64,000 nt of DNA from the NCBI GenBank assembly GCA_973851085.1, contig OZ316775.1:1-64000 (forward strand), given 5' to 3'. Below, piece by piece: positions 8,502 to 20,450 of the stretch (within the stretch, counting starts at the first letter, position 1; each line of letters begins with the position of its first letter). Source of the DNA: Ptychomitrium polyphyllum. Lineage: Eukaryota. Under the pieces are notes generated by a model. It was not told where the DNA came from. It was given only the letters and a program-made list of their open reading frames with translations, and ran no database searches. Position numbers and translations under genes: made by a program.

Positions 8502-11174
8502 CCTGGAATCCTGATCTCCGAACGCCGAAGAACGTGGGTCACGATCCGCACGGAATCAGGAGGTCCCCATCGCAGGTCCCACACCTCCTCCGATAATGTG
8601 GCGTATACTGTCGGCATGCATTCGAAATACGTCGAAGCGCTCCACGTCCTTATTCTTTTGTTTGTCGGAACATATGCGGATGACCTACATATGAGGATGG
8701 TACGACCCACGAGGTACCGTCCTTCGCAGATGATATATTGAACGTGCACAGAACGTGAACCAGAACTACGCAGGGAACGTGCGGGGTCACGGTGAGAACG
8801 CGAAAATCCCCCACACCTGGAGCGCTTGCACGACCCCGGTCCCCCTAAATCGGAGCATGGAAATCACAGTCAGAACCGTAAAGCCGTCACACTTCGACCG
8901 ACACCAACGGAGTGATACCAACGGAGCGATGCGATACCATCAGATGTGCACCGAGATTGCCGTAACGGAGGGATCCAGCATCACAGAATTGGGAGAAAAT
9001 GAACCGAAAATATATATATGCAAAATAAATTGAAAATACATCGCAGATATGAGCCGCCCAGGACAATATACAAGTGCCTTACACGGTGGTGCCTACCCTT
9101 ACAGAAGAGCGTAGGGGAGCAGAAGCACAGTCACTTGCGATGCGAAAAGCGGGAGAAAGATGCCATGGAACTGCCACTGCACCGACGGTCAACGGAAGCT
9201 CCGCCCGAGGCTGCCGGTGAACTGGAGCTCGGCCTGGAACTGCGGTGGACTTGCGCCGCGGATGGGATGCCACAGCCCTGCCGGATCGGTCACCGGGCCG
9301 GCGGATGTCCCCATCCGAGAGCTCGCCATGATTACGCTCCAACATGCGGAGATCCTAACTGGCGTGGAGAGCCTCTAATCCACGGTGCAATGCCCCGTTG
9401 CACTTTGATGACCGGGATCGGAGAAGAGACGGGTACGAGGCCGCAGGAATCCCAATTCATTGGGTTTAGGCGGTCCCACCCGTTCTTACGGGGAATCAGC
9501 CCGGTCCAATTCCGGTATTGGACGAACCGGTAGGTGCGAGACGGTCACGGCCAGTACGGGGCGAGCCCGGACCAATTTCGGCCCCACCAGTACTCCCGGT
9601 ATCGGAAGCCGGTCCGTCCTTGCAGACCCAATTCCGACCCTACCCCTTCCGACCGTACCAGGTTCAGGGTCCTCCCGATTTTTACAGCAGAGCGTAGGAG
9701 AGTGAAAGGGCGACCACCGGCAGTATGAAAGGTGCGAGGAAGGGCGCTCGCAATGCGAAGAGAAAGAGGAAAACCACTCGTAGTGGCAAGCGTAAGAGGG
9801 GAAAAGCCCTTGAACTGCCACTACACCGCCGGTGAACTGGAGCTCCGCCTAAAAGTGCCCGTGGACTGGAGCTCGGCCGAAAACTGTGGTGCAGTTGCGT
9901 CACGGAGTGGGTGTGACAGCCCCTCCCAGCGTGCGGTGTTGGGAGCGCCGCACGCCCTCCGCACTTGCCCCCTCGCCTCCTTCGCCTGCCTATCCGCTTC
10001 GCCTGCCTGCCCGCTTGCGTGAACCTCTGTGTCCGGCCCTGCCTGGTTGGGGCGCTCGACTTCGACGCAACCGGTGGTGGTACTACCTTACTCCTGCTTC
10101 GTTTCTGCACCGCCGGGGCTGTGTGTGCACAAGGCCAGGGGTATCACGTTTCTGCGGGTTGCGCTCTCGAGATTCCAGTCCGCTGTCCAGCAGCGGCACC
10201 GGGTTTACGGTCTGGCGATGTCCCGTCCTCCGTCCCCTCTACGGTTTCTTGCCCACCCCCCCTCGCCCCTCATCTCTTGGCAGCATGAGGACATGCTTCC
10301 GAATCCTGGTCTGCGTCGTCTCGAAGGGAAGAAGGTACGTGACACCCGACACCAATGTTGGGGTTAGTATGGTTGTATACGGAGTCGTTTCTCCAGTTCT
10401 CATGGTCGCTCATTCGACAGGACGCTCATTGGTTTTGTAATTCTGTTGTAACTAGGTTCTCGTTGATCCAATTCCAGAAGTGCGGACAGTTGCGTCACTC
10501 GCTCGGGGACCAGGTTATTGGACGATTTTTTATTTTGAACTCATTCTCTCCCGGTTCCTGTGTCTCCGACCTGCTCGGTGGCGTGCACGAAGTACTGAGG
10601 ACGGATACAACTGTGAGTCTGCTCCGCTAAAATATTCCGTAATTGACGCAGTCGATGACGGGATTACGCGAAGAGCGTGAGCTGGAACCTTTTCGCGACG
10701 AAGACGGGCCGGCTTTCACGGGAAAAAATGCCCAGGTTCACCATCTCACCGCTCTTTTCCCATTGGGATCGTTTAAATTCTAGATTTGTTCTTCCAACTC
10801 AATTCTTGCTAAATTGGTTGCCCATGCGCACTATGATGGAACCTGGGATGAGGGCTGTAGATACTACTGGCCAACCTGGATATTGCTCGCATTCTGTCCC
10901 CGTTTCACAAGAAACTATGGCTTCTTCGCTGGTGTCCGTGAACCCTTTATTTCTGTCGTCTTGGACCTGGTCTTCACGCCACTGGAGGACGGCCGGTTCC
11001 GTTCTGGTCCACATTTCTCCCCTACTTGAATACTCGCCGGGCCCAATGCTTAATGTGGACAATGGGGCCGTTCTATGATACTGGCCCCTGGTCCCAGACA
11101 GTGCAGTAAGCCGGTGGCATTCGGGTGGAGCAGTGCTGTGCTCTATGCAGGGGTGACTGAGACATAGCCGCAGT

Positions 11175-11520
11175 GGTCTTGTGAAACTGATTTTGCTCTC
11201 CTCAGTTGGGTTCAATTTGTGGACGGTCTTGTGAAACTGATTTTGCTCTCCTCAGTTGGGTTCAATTTGTGGACGGTCTTGTGAAACTGATTTTGCTCTC
11301 CTCAGTTGGGTTCAATTTGTGGACGGTCTTGTGAAACTGATTTTGCTCTCCTCAGTTGGGTTCAATTTGTGGACGGTCTTGTGAAACTGATTTTGCTCTC
11401 CTCAGTTGGGTTCAATTTGTGGACGGTCTTGTGAAACTGATTTTGCTCTCCTCAGTTGGGTTCAATTTGTAGACGGTCTTGTCAATCTGATCTTGCTTTA
11501 CACAGTTGAGTTGCACTTTC
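11175..11520. repeat. 50-bp minisatellite, 6 near-perfect units plus 1 diverged (GGTCTTGTGAAACTGATTTTGCTCTCCTCAGTTGGGTTCAATTTGTGGAC)
   Basis: GTGAAACTGA recurs at 11181, 11231, 11281, 11331, 11381 and 11431. Confidence 0.95.
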
Positions 11521-11743
11521 GAACCTTGTGCTTGGAATGTGTGTGAACCCGGGCTGATTTAGGGTCAGAACGAGGGTAATTCCTCGCCCGAAACCCTAAA
11601 CCCTAATTCTTGCAGAACCTGAAATTTTCAAAAAAGCTTGGGGTTTTTGGAATCCTTGTGGCATTGCGAATCCCGTGGTGTGCAGATGTCGCGCAGAACC
11701 TTAAAATCCAGCCATACCTAAAACCTCTAGGACGCTCTTGTAA

Positions 11744-11827
11744 CCCTAAACCCTAAACCCTAAACCCTAAACCCTAAACCCTAAACCCTAAACCCTAAAC
11801 CCTAAACCCTAAACCCTAAACCCTAAA
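11744..11827. repeat. Interstitial plant telomeric tract (CCCTAAA)12, perfect
   Basis: 84 bp of uninterrupted CCCTAAA. Confidence 0.98.
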
Positions 11828-12018
11828 CGCTGGGTTAGCTACTGGACGAGACGTCGGCATCTTGCAACGACGGAACTTTGGAGATCCGCATGTTGAGGGA
11901 CCACGCGGACGGTGGTCGGAGGTGGACACCGGCGACAGACGCCGAGTATCCCGGGGCAATTTGGACATCAGTATCCGATGCACGTGATCACTGCACGACC
12001 AGATGCGGCCCGGTTTCG

Positions 12019-13572
12019 CTACGTCTCGAATGAGTCCACTGGACAACGGAATGTTTCATTGTCCGACCCTAAACCCTCTGGCTTGGCCTTCACATGTCTC
12101 CTCCAATTCCTGCCGTATTTGTTGATGAAGTGGCGGGCGCCGGTGACCCGATCCACGTACACCCCTTCCATTTTCCAGTACCCGCCTCCTCTCACCTTCT
12201 GCAGCATGGTGGGATGGGGGTCCCTCTCCCTCGCCCGACTGTGATTCTGCCAGGACGCGTTGTCCAGGAAGTCCTGGATCACGGGCCGGTTGTGCGCATC
12301 ATCCAGCTCCCAACCGTCGTAGTGGAACAACGGACGCTCTTTCCGTACCTGCTGATCCACCACAGCCCCCCCCCAATTCCGAGCGTCCTTGAGGTGACGC
12401 CGCATGTGTTTGCCGCTCCATCCGACTGCCTGGCGAGCCCTCGTGAGGGCGGACCGCATCGCGATGCTCGGCGTGCAATCGTTCCCGCCCAGTACCAGGC
12501 CTTGCAGTATCCGGACCTTCGATCTGAGGTTGTGCAGGACTTCGTGGGCGGAAATGCTTTGGGTGCGGAACGGCCCCCCCAGCAATCTCTCGATGCCCTG
12601 CAATTGCAGCAGCCCCAGGTCCGAACACATACGGTGGGCCTCCGCGACTGTGTGGGCACGTGCGATGGACACTTCGATCCTGGTGCCCAGCAGGCGTTCC
12701 CTCAACGTCGCACCGTCGTACCCTTCCCATGCTCGTAATAGTTTCTCCATCTGCTCCGCCCGGATGCGCATGGTGCGGATCGTCTTGGGCATGTCGTCCA
12801 GGCTGTGCCTCGGTATGGCGGACAGGACATCATGGCACGGCTCGTGGTAGATTTTGACCTTCCCGATCCCTTCGTGGCCCGATAGGTAGAACTCCAGGGA
12901 GCCGTGGTTGGGAATGTCGAACATCTCGTGTATTTTGCCCTGCCTGAATCTTCGAACGGGACCGAACTGACCCTCGCCGAAGCAGAGGACATCTATCGTC
13001 GCTGCAGGCAGCAGCGTCCCGATGTCGAATTGGTTCCTCCTCCCCACAGCTACTCTCCCGCGGAGGGCCGTGTGGTACTGCACGAAGCGGTCGATTCTAG
13101 GCTGGGCTTTCTGGTAGGCCCACTTCATGCCATAGAACCCCACCCGGCGTTCCACATGGCCGCACGCCCGGAGCGCTTCCACCATCGCTCGGAGGGGGAC
13201 GTTCACCTGGCTCCTGGCGAGGACCATGTCGTGGTTGCTGAGAGTCAGCGCCAGCCCATGGCCCCTTCGCAATTCCTGGCAGATGGAACGCTTCTGGTCC
13301 TCCCTCTCCGCATCCGAGAGCCCTGCATCCACCTTCACGACGATCGGGTCGGATATGACGTGCAACCACTCCCTGTAGAATTCGGAATCCTTCACGCGGA
13401 TTCTGCGGTTGGCTGGACGCACGATCTCTCCGACCAGGCCGTGTAGATCACGGAGATCCATCATGAAGCACGCGGAGTCGATATCTGTATGGAGTGGGTC
13501 GGCGGTGGTGGATCCGGTCCCCAACCTGGGCTGACGCCCGGGACGCCCGCTGACATTCGCAACAGCGTCCAT
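12019..13572 (-). CDS. 517-aa intronless protein of unknown function (copy 2; G16R relative to copy 1)
   Basis: Same ORF as 6948-8501, with one nonsynonymous and one synonymous difference noticed. Confidence 0.75.
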   Translation of the reverse strand: MDAVANVSGRPGRQPRLGTGSTTADPLHTDIDSACFMMDLRDLHGLVGEIVRPANRRIRVKDSEFYREWLHVISDPIVVKVDAGLSDAEREDQKRSICQELRRGHGLALTLSNHDMVLARSQVNVPLRAMVEALRACGHVERRVGFYGMKWAYQKAQPRIDRFVQYHTALRGRVAVGRRNQFDIGTLLPAATIDVLCFGEGQFGPVRRFRQGKIHEMFDIPNHGSLEFYLSGHEGIGKVKIYHEPCHDVLSAIPRHSLDDMPKTIRTMRIRAEQMEKLLRAWEGYDGATLRERLLGTRIEVSIARAHTVAEAHRMCSDLGLLQLQGIERLLGGPFRTQSISAHEVLHNLRSKVRILQGLVLGGNDCTPSIAMRSALTRARQAVGWSGKHMRRHLKDARNWGGAVVDQQVRKERPLFHYDGWELDDAHNRPVIQDFLDNASWQNHSRARERDPHPTMLQKVRGGGYWKMEGVYVDRVTGARHFINKYGRNWRRHVKAKPEGLGSDNETFRCPVDSFET

Positions 13573-16245
13573 CCTGGAATCCTGATCTCCGAACGCCGAA
13601 GAACGTGGGTCACGATCCGCACGGAATCAGGAGGTCCCCATCGCAGGTCCCACACCTCCTCCGATAATGTGGCGTATACTGTCGGCATGCATTCGAAATA
13701 CGTCGAAGCGCTCCACGTCCTTATTCTTTTGTTTGTCGGAACATATGCGGATGACCTACATATGAGGATGGTACGACCCACGAGGTACCGTCCTTCGCAG
13801 ATGATATATTGAACGTGCACAGAACGTGAACCAGAACTACGCAGGGAACGTGCGGGGTCACGGTGAGAACGCGAAAATCCCCCACACCTGGAGCGCTTGC
13901 ACGACCCCGGTCCCCCTAAATCGGAGCATGGAAATCACAGTCAGAACCGTAAAGCCGTCACACTTCGACCGACACCAACGGAGTGATACCAACGGAGCGA
14001 TGCGATACCATCAGATGTGCACGGAGATTGCCGTAACGGAGGGATCCAGCATCACAGAATTGGGAGAAAATGAACCGAAAATATATATATGCAAAATAAA
14101 TTGAAAATACATCGCAGATATGAGCCGCCCAGGACAATGTACAAGTGCCTTACACGGTGGTGCCTACCCTTACAGAAGAGCGTAGGGGAGCAGAAGCACA
14201 GTCACTTGCGATGCGAAAAGCGGGAGAAAGATGCCATGGAACTGCCACTGCACCGACGGTCAACGGAAGCTCCGCCCGAGGCTGCCGGTGAACTGGAGCT
14301 CGGCCTGGAACTGCGGTGGACTTGCGCCGCGGATGGGATGCCACAGCCCTGCCGGATCGGTCACCGGGCCGGCGGATGTCCCCATCCGAGAGCTCGCCAT
14401 GATTACGCTCCAACATGCGGAGATCCTAACTGGCGTGGAGAGCCTCTAATCCACGGTGCAATGCCCCGTTGCACTTTGATGACCGGGATCGGAGAAGAGA
14501 CGGGTACGAGGCCGCAGGAATCCCAATTCATTGGGTTTAGGCGGTCCCACCCGTTCTTACGGGGAATCAGCCCGGTCCAATTCCGGTATTGGACGAACCG
14601 GTAGGTGCGAGACGGTCACGGCCAGTACGGGGCGAGCCCGGACCAATTTCGGCCCCACCAGTACTCCCGGTATCGGAAGCCGGTCCGTCCTTGCAGACCC
14701 AATTCCGACCCTACCCCTTCCGACCGTACCAGGTTCAGGGTCCTCCCGATTTTTACAGCAGAGCGTAGGAGAGTGAAAGGGCGACCACCGGCAGTATGAA
14801 AGGTGCGAGGAAGGGCGCTCGCAATGCGAAGAGAAAGAGGAAAACCACTCGTAGTGGCAAGCGTAAGAGGGGAAAAGCCCTTGAACTGCCACTACACCGC
14901 CGGTGAACTGGAGCTCCGCCTAAAAGTGCCCGTGGACTGGAGCTCGGCCGAAAACTGTGGTGCAGTTGCGTCACGGAGTGGGTGTGACAGCCCCTCCCAG
15001 CGTGCGGTGTTGGGAGCGCCGCACGCCCTCCGCACTTGCCCCCTCGCCTCCTTCGCCTGCCTATCCGCTTCGCCTGCCTGCCCGCTTGCGTGAACCTCTG
15101 TGTCCGGCCCTGCCTGGTTGGGGCGCTCGACTTCGACGCAACCGGTGGTGGTACTACCTTACTCCTGCTTCGTTTCTGCACCGCCGGGGCTGTGTGTGCA
15201 CAAGGCCAGGGGTATCACGTTTCTGCGGGTTGCGCTCTCGAGATTCCAGTCCGCTGTCCAGCAGCGGCACCGGGTTTACGGTCTGGCGATGTCCCGTCCT
15301 CCGTCCCCTCTACGGTTTCTTGCCCACCCCCCCTCGCCCCTCATCTCTTGGCAGCATGAGGACATGCTTCCGAATCCTGGTCTGCGTCGTCTCGAAGGGA
15401 AGAAGGTACGTGACACCCGACACCAATGTTGGGGTTAGTATGGTTGTATACGGAGTCGTTTCTCCAGTTCTCATGGTCGCTCATTCGACAGGACGCTCAT
15501 TGGTTTTGTAATTCTGTTGTAACTAGGTTCTCGTTGATCCAATTCCAGAAGTGCGGACAGTTGCGTCACTCGCTCGGGGACCAGGTTATTGGACGATTTT
15601 TTATTTTGAACTCATTCTCTCCCGGTTCCTGTGTCTCCGCCCTGCTCGGTGGCGTGCACGAAGTACTGAGGACGGATACAACTGTGAGTCTGCTCCGCTA
15701 AAATATTCCGTAATTGACGCAGTCGATGACGGGATTACGCGAAGAGCGTGAGCTGGAACCTTTTCGCGACGAAGACGGGCCGGCTTTCACGGGAAAAAAT
15801 GCCCAGGTTCACCATCTCACCGCTCTTTTCCCATTGGGATCGTTTAAATTCTAGATTTGTTCTTCCAACTCAATTCTTGCTAAATTGGTTGCCCATGCGC
15901 ACTATGATGGAACCTGGGATGAGGGCTGTAGATACTACTGGCCAACCTGGATATTGCTCGCATTCTGTCCCCGTTTCACAAGAAACTATGGCTTCTTCGC
16001 TGGTGTCCGTGAACCCTTTATTTCTGTCGTCTTGGACCTGGTCTTCACGCCACTGGAGGACGGCCGGTTCCGTTCTGGTCCACATTTCTCCCCTACTTGA
16101 ATACTCGCCGGGCCCAATGCTTAATGTGGACAATGGGGCCGTTCTATGATACTGGCCCCTGGTCCCAGACAGTGCAGTAAGCCGGTGGCATTCGGGTGGA
16201 GCAGTGCTGTGCTCTATGCAGGGGTGACTGAGACATAGCCGCAGT

Positions 16246-16591
16246 GGTCTTGTGAAACTGATTTTGCTCTCCTCAGTTGGGTTCAATTTGTGGACGGTCT
16301 TGTGAAACTGATTTTGCTCTCCTCAGTTGGGTTCAATTTGTGGACGGTCTTGTGAAACTGATTTTGCTCTCCTCAGTTGGGTTCAATTTGTGGACGGTCT
16401 TGTGAAACTGATTTTGCTCTCCTCAGTTGGGTTCAATTTGTGGACGGTCTTGTGAAACTGATTTTGCTCTCCTCAGTTGGGTTCAATTTGTGGACGGTCT
16501 TGTGAAACTGATTTTGCTCTCCTCAGTTGGGTTCAATTTGTAGACGGTCTTGTCAATCTGATCTTGCTTTACACAGTTGAGTTGCACTTTC
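16246..16591. repeat. 50-bp minisatellite, second array
   Basis: Duplicate of 11175-11520. Confidence 0.95.
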
Positions 16592-16814
16592 GAACCTTGT
16601 GCTTGGAATGTGTGTGAACCCGGGCTGATTTAGGGTCAGAACGAGGGTAATTCCTCGCCCGAAACCCTAAACCCTAATTCTTGCAGAACCTGAAATTTTC
16701 AAAAAAGCTTGGGGTTTTTGGAATCCTTGTGGCATTGCGAATCCCGTGGTGTGCAGATGTCGCGCAGAACCTTAGAATCCAGCCATACCTAAAACCTCTA
16801 GGACGCTCTTGTAA

Positions 16815-16876
16815 CCCTAAACCCTAAACCCTAAACCCTAAAACCTGGTGACCCTAAACCCTAAACCCTAAAACCT
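16815..16876. repeat. Interstitial telomeric tract, interrupted: (CCCTAAA)4-ACCTGGTGA-(CCCTAAA)3-ACCT
   Basis: Directly visible. Confidence 0.95.
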
Positions 16877-19800
16877 GTGGAGAGCAATTGTGGCATCATG
16901 AAGTCACTACTTGCGTTTTGCAATCAAAATCAATCTCTCTTGGATACTTATAAGGTATTTCCCTTTCACAAGCACGTGATGAATTGGAATCTTGTTTCCA
17001 GGTTTAGGATTGTAGTGAGATCTGCAGTTATGTAGGGGGCGTGTTTGTTTCTATATCTTTATTTCCATACGTTTTGTCTGCATCTGAAGTAGTACGCCGG
17101 ATGTAGAGTGATCTCATAGAAGAACAATGTGGTTTTCTTTCATCTTGATGGGATGTAACCTCGAAAGATTGAACATTAATGTCTAGAGATGATAGTGATC
17201 GACCTGCTTCATGTAGACCTTGCTTAGAATTGTTCACAGTTGGACGATTCTCTTGTTATCTTTCACCCTTTACTTCGCTTTATTGTTTCCTGTTTATTCA
17301 TTGAACTCCTTCTAGAAGCTCTTCACGCTTTGTACGCAAAGAGAGTAGTCAAACTGTTATGAAAATGAATTCTTCTGCGAGTTTTTTGGGACTAGCTACT
17401 AGAGAATATTGTATTCTGAGCTGGCGGTATGTTTTGAGGCTGTAGGAGAGGCATTACTGACTTGTTGAATTCTATTTCCACTTGCAGGCCTGGTTTTTGC
17501 AATCGTCTTTGAAGCTGGTCTTTGATTCGACGAACAGGAAGCCGCTTAGGGCTCTGAGTGAAGGCTTGCAGCCACTACTTGAGCAATTGTCACATGGAGA
17601 TTTTGGGGAGATAATTCTGCCCGGCGGAATCAAAATGTTGAAACGGAATCCAGAGCTGGTGATGGAAGCGTTTGGTCTATTATCGACATACTCCGAATTG
17701 GATCTCAGTCAATACACTGCAGAAATTCCGCTATCAATATTAATTTGGGCTCGACATAACAATGAGACTCGACGCAGAGAATCCCTACAACTAGTAACTC
17801 GACTGGTGGTCCATTCCAACGACTTAGACGCCATTTCAGCCATGTTTCCATCTGTTAAATCTTTACTAGCAGGTAAAGCTTTGATCTTACTTGCACCTTG
17901 TATATAATTCATAAACACGATTCTCTCTAGTTTGAAAGCAGCCCTGATAGCAGTCAGTCACTCCTACTTACCTGCAGAGTTTCTATGGGTATGTAAGTGA
18001 TTGCGAGGAGTATTGTTTTGATGTATACTCACACGCAGTATCTGCAGCTGCTGGTCCGTCTTTTGTGGCATCCAGCATTGGGTGCACGGAGGGCCGCTGA
18101 AGCTGTTGTGCTTCGTGCCGGAAAAGCAGATGATTTTCTATTAGAAGCACTCTTTGATTCCTTGAGTGTTGAAGTGAGCACGTTTGGTGATCAACATCTT
18201 CTCCACACGAACAGGTAAGAGTAAAAGCTATTCTAGCAGTTTGATTTCAGTTTGGAAAGCTTATGAGAACCTAGGATCTACGTCCTGTTCTTTCATTCCT
18301 TTTTGTCGTTTATCGATGCTCACTCCCTCAGCTAATAATGTGGACCCTGTACATGGCGTCATCGTTGTTTTTCTAATTGCATTTCTTGTGGTAGGGACAT
18401 GGCAGTGATGCTGGAGTGTCCTTGGGAGGGGTAACAGTGAACGGTGTTCCTAATGCCAAGCTGCTGTCCAAAACCTGGTTGCTCGCCTCATCCGCGTCAC
18501 TGGCCAGAAAACCTTCACATTGTGCTCGACTGCTGCTCTCGGCACCCAACCCTTGTATTGCACCAGGTCACCATGGAGATGTCATTTGGAAAGTAAGTTT
18601 GGTCGTCACAATTTTGGTTGTCCTTTTTGAGGACATCTTCCCCTTTTTTATATCCTCCTTTTCGTTGATGACATGATTTCTATTAAGCACAATGGCCGAG
18701 TACCTCACAATATTTCTGCTTCAAGTGTTCTGTATTCTTGTTGTTATGTTGATTTACTTGTTGGGTTTTTTGTTCCTGTTCTGTTAGGTGTACAAACCCT
18801 TGGTTCAGGTTGGAATCGTTCAGTTTTTCGTCGTATGTCCTTTTAAATATATAACTGTGGAAGGTTTTACTTGATTCTCTGTCGTGTTGTTACTAGACCC
18901 TTCCATAATCTGGAGTTAGATCAAGTATTCTTATTTCAGCCGGGCTATGTTTTTTTTGTATCTGACTCATGTTATGGATGCAGACTCTTTGTAGAAAGAT
19001 GAAAAGACTTGGCTTGGATATGTCCAGCATTTTGACCTTCGATCCTGTTGCTGTTTGTGAGGTGAGTCGAGTAGAATCAAAATTCTTCCTTTTCATCAGT
19101 GAAAGAGTTCCATGCTGAGAATGTCGTCCACTTTTTGGTTGATGATTTCTGCGATTGGACTTGACCAGGTTTTAGATACCTATGAATGATTGCAGGTACT
19201 TCTTGGATCACCAGGGCTGGTCAGCACAAATTTGTCAGAAGAGCGAGCTGCTATATTTTCTCTTGAAACCGCCATGAGGGTGCTTCCAGATGGTTTTTCC
19301 CCGACTTTTATCCAGGTACAGTTGTGCAACCTTTGTCCTCGTGGTCGTCGGTTGCAAGTATCTCTCTGTAACTGGCCTGTCGGACACGGAGTTTATGCTC
19401 TTGACGAAAGATTGAGTCTACGCCCATGTGTATAGATGTCGGAATGGCATTCAATCCGAGCAGATTTGAACAATTTTTGGTTGTTTGTTGTTATTGCTTC
19501 AGCACGTGGTCCTTGATCGCGCTGTGTCGCGCACTGCTGATTTTTTTGATGCGTACAATGCTTTTGCACAGAATGGATATTCTAGGGGATCGTCATCTCC
19601 ACGATTCTTCATCTTCACAAGATATCGTGGTTTTTTCTTGCCTCACACGCTTAGGTTGGACACCTTGGAGAACAGTTTCGATTTGGATTGTGTTCGATAT
19701 GAATTCATTTATCTGACAGTCCTTTATGAATTCATCTATCTGACAGTCCTTTTTTGCTTGGAAACATACTTCACAGCTTTGTGTTTATTCATGAAAATTT

Positions 19801-20330
19801 GAAGCATGCATCTTCGCTGATGTCCACTCTGGCAGCATGTAGGAGGGATTTTATTTGATCAATTTGTTCTTGCCGTGCAGGTGAATCTGATAAGTCGGGG
19901 TCCGTGAAGGAGGAAGCACGAGAACTCAGACTTCAGGAGGAGTATTCTGTTCGTAAAAAAGCCGAGGCAATACAGATGAGACTTTCTTCAGTGTTGAGAG
20001 CTCCGGGTTCGGTTGCTGTTGCAAATCCTGCGGGGGCACATGAACGATTCCCTGCCTTGGTGAGTTTCTTGGTTATACTTTTGTATTTCTGTGATCCTTT
20101 TTGGATTTTTTGGGATAAAGCACCTGCCCTGTGACTGCACATTCTCTATGGCACACGTTGCATGTGTTAGGGTGGTTATGGGCGATTAGCAGTTTATGGG
20201 TCCTGCAGAATTCAAGTTATCTTGATAGCTTTTTGATCCGACAATTAGCATCTTCTCTAGGTTCTTGATCGCCACATAAAGGCGATGCTGCTATTTTTTC
20301 TCCGCGAGGGTTAGGTGTCGCAAGCTACGA
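16877..20330 (+). pseudogene. GCN1: Partial, intron-containing GCN1/ILITYHIA gene copy (internal exons only)
   Basis: Exon peptides LQPLLEQLSHGDFGEIILPGGIKMLKRNPELVME..LDLSQY..ARH, LLVRLLWHP, LLGSPGLVSTNLSEERAAIFSL and KEEARELRLQEEYSVRKK..LSSVLRAPGSVAVAN match plant GCN1 in colinear order. The copy begins mid-exon at the telomeric tract, has an in-frame TGA near 20266, appears to lack intervening exons and has no C-terminal part. Confidence 0.8.
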
Positions 20331-20450
20331 AAGAAAGAGAAGCAATGTATCCTCTTTCATCTGTAATGTTGAGTGTCGATTCTTCTCATTTGCAGTGGCA
20401 TGTATTTTCTTTAAATGTTGATAGCCTTAACTTCCATGTTTTTCGAACAG

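Larger units (their letters stand above)
6757..11827 (+). mobile_element. Telomere-associated element unit, copy 1 (5,071-bp repeat unit including terminal (CCCTAAA)12; the element probably extends further left)
   Basis: Position 6757 matches 11828 at a constant offset of 5,071. Only about six substitutions were noticed by eye. The unit ends in a telomeric tract. Confidence 0.75.
11828..16876 (+). mobile_element. Telomere-associated element unit, copy 2 (left-truncated at 11828, capped by telomeric repeats)
   Basis: Near-identical to 6757-11771, with telomeric tracts on both sides. Confidence 0.75.

Noticed and set aside
7023..10440. Many 60-214 aa ORFs overlapping or flanking the 517-aa ORF
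   Set aside because: These are expected shadow ORFs in GC-rich DNA with no recognisable motifs.
10300..11215. 138-aa minus-strand ORF and overlapping short ORFs near the unit end
   Set aside because: It starts within the minisatellite, neighbouring frames contain stops, and no domain is recognisable. It might be decayed coding sequence but this is unsupported.
11175..11520. CRISPR-like appearance of the 50-bp and 39-44-bp arrays
   Set aside because: The units are contiguous with no unique spacers, the context is eukaryotic and there are no cas genes.
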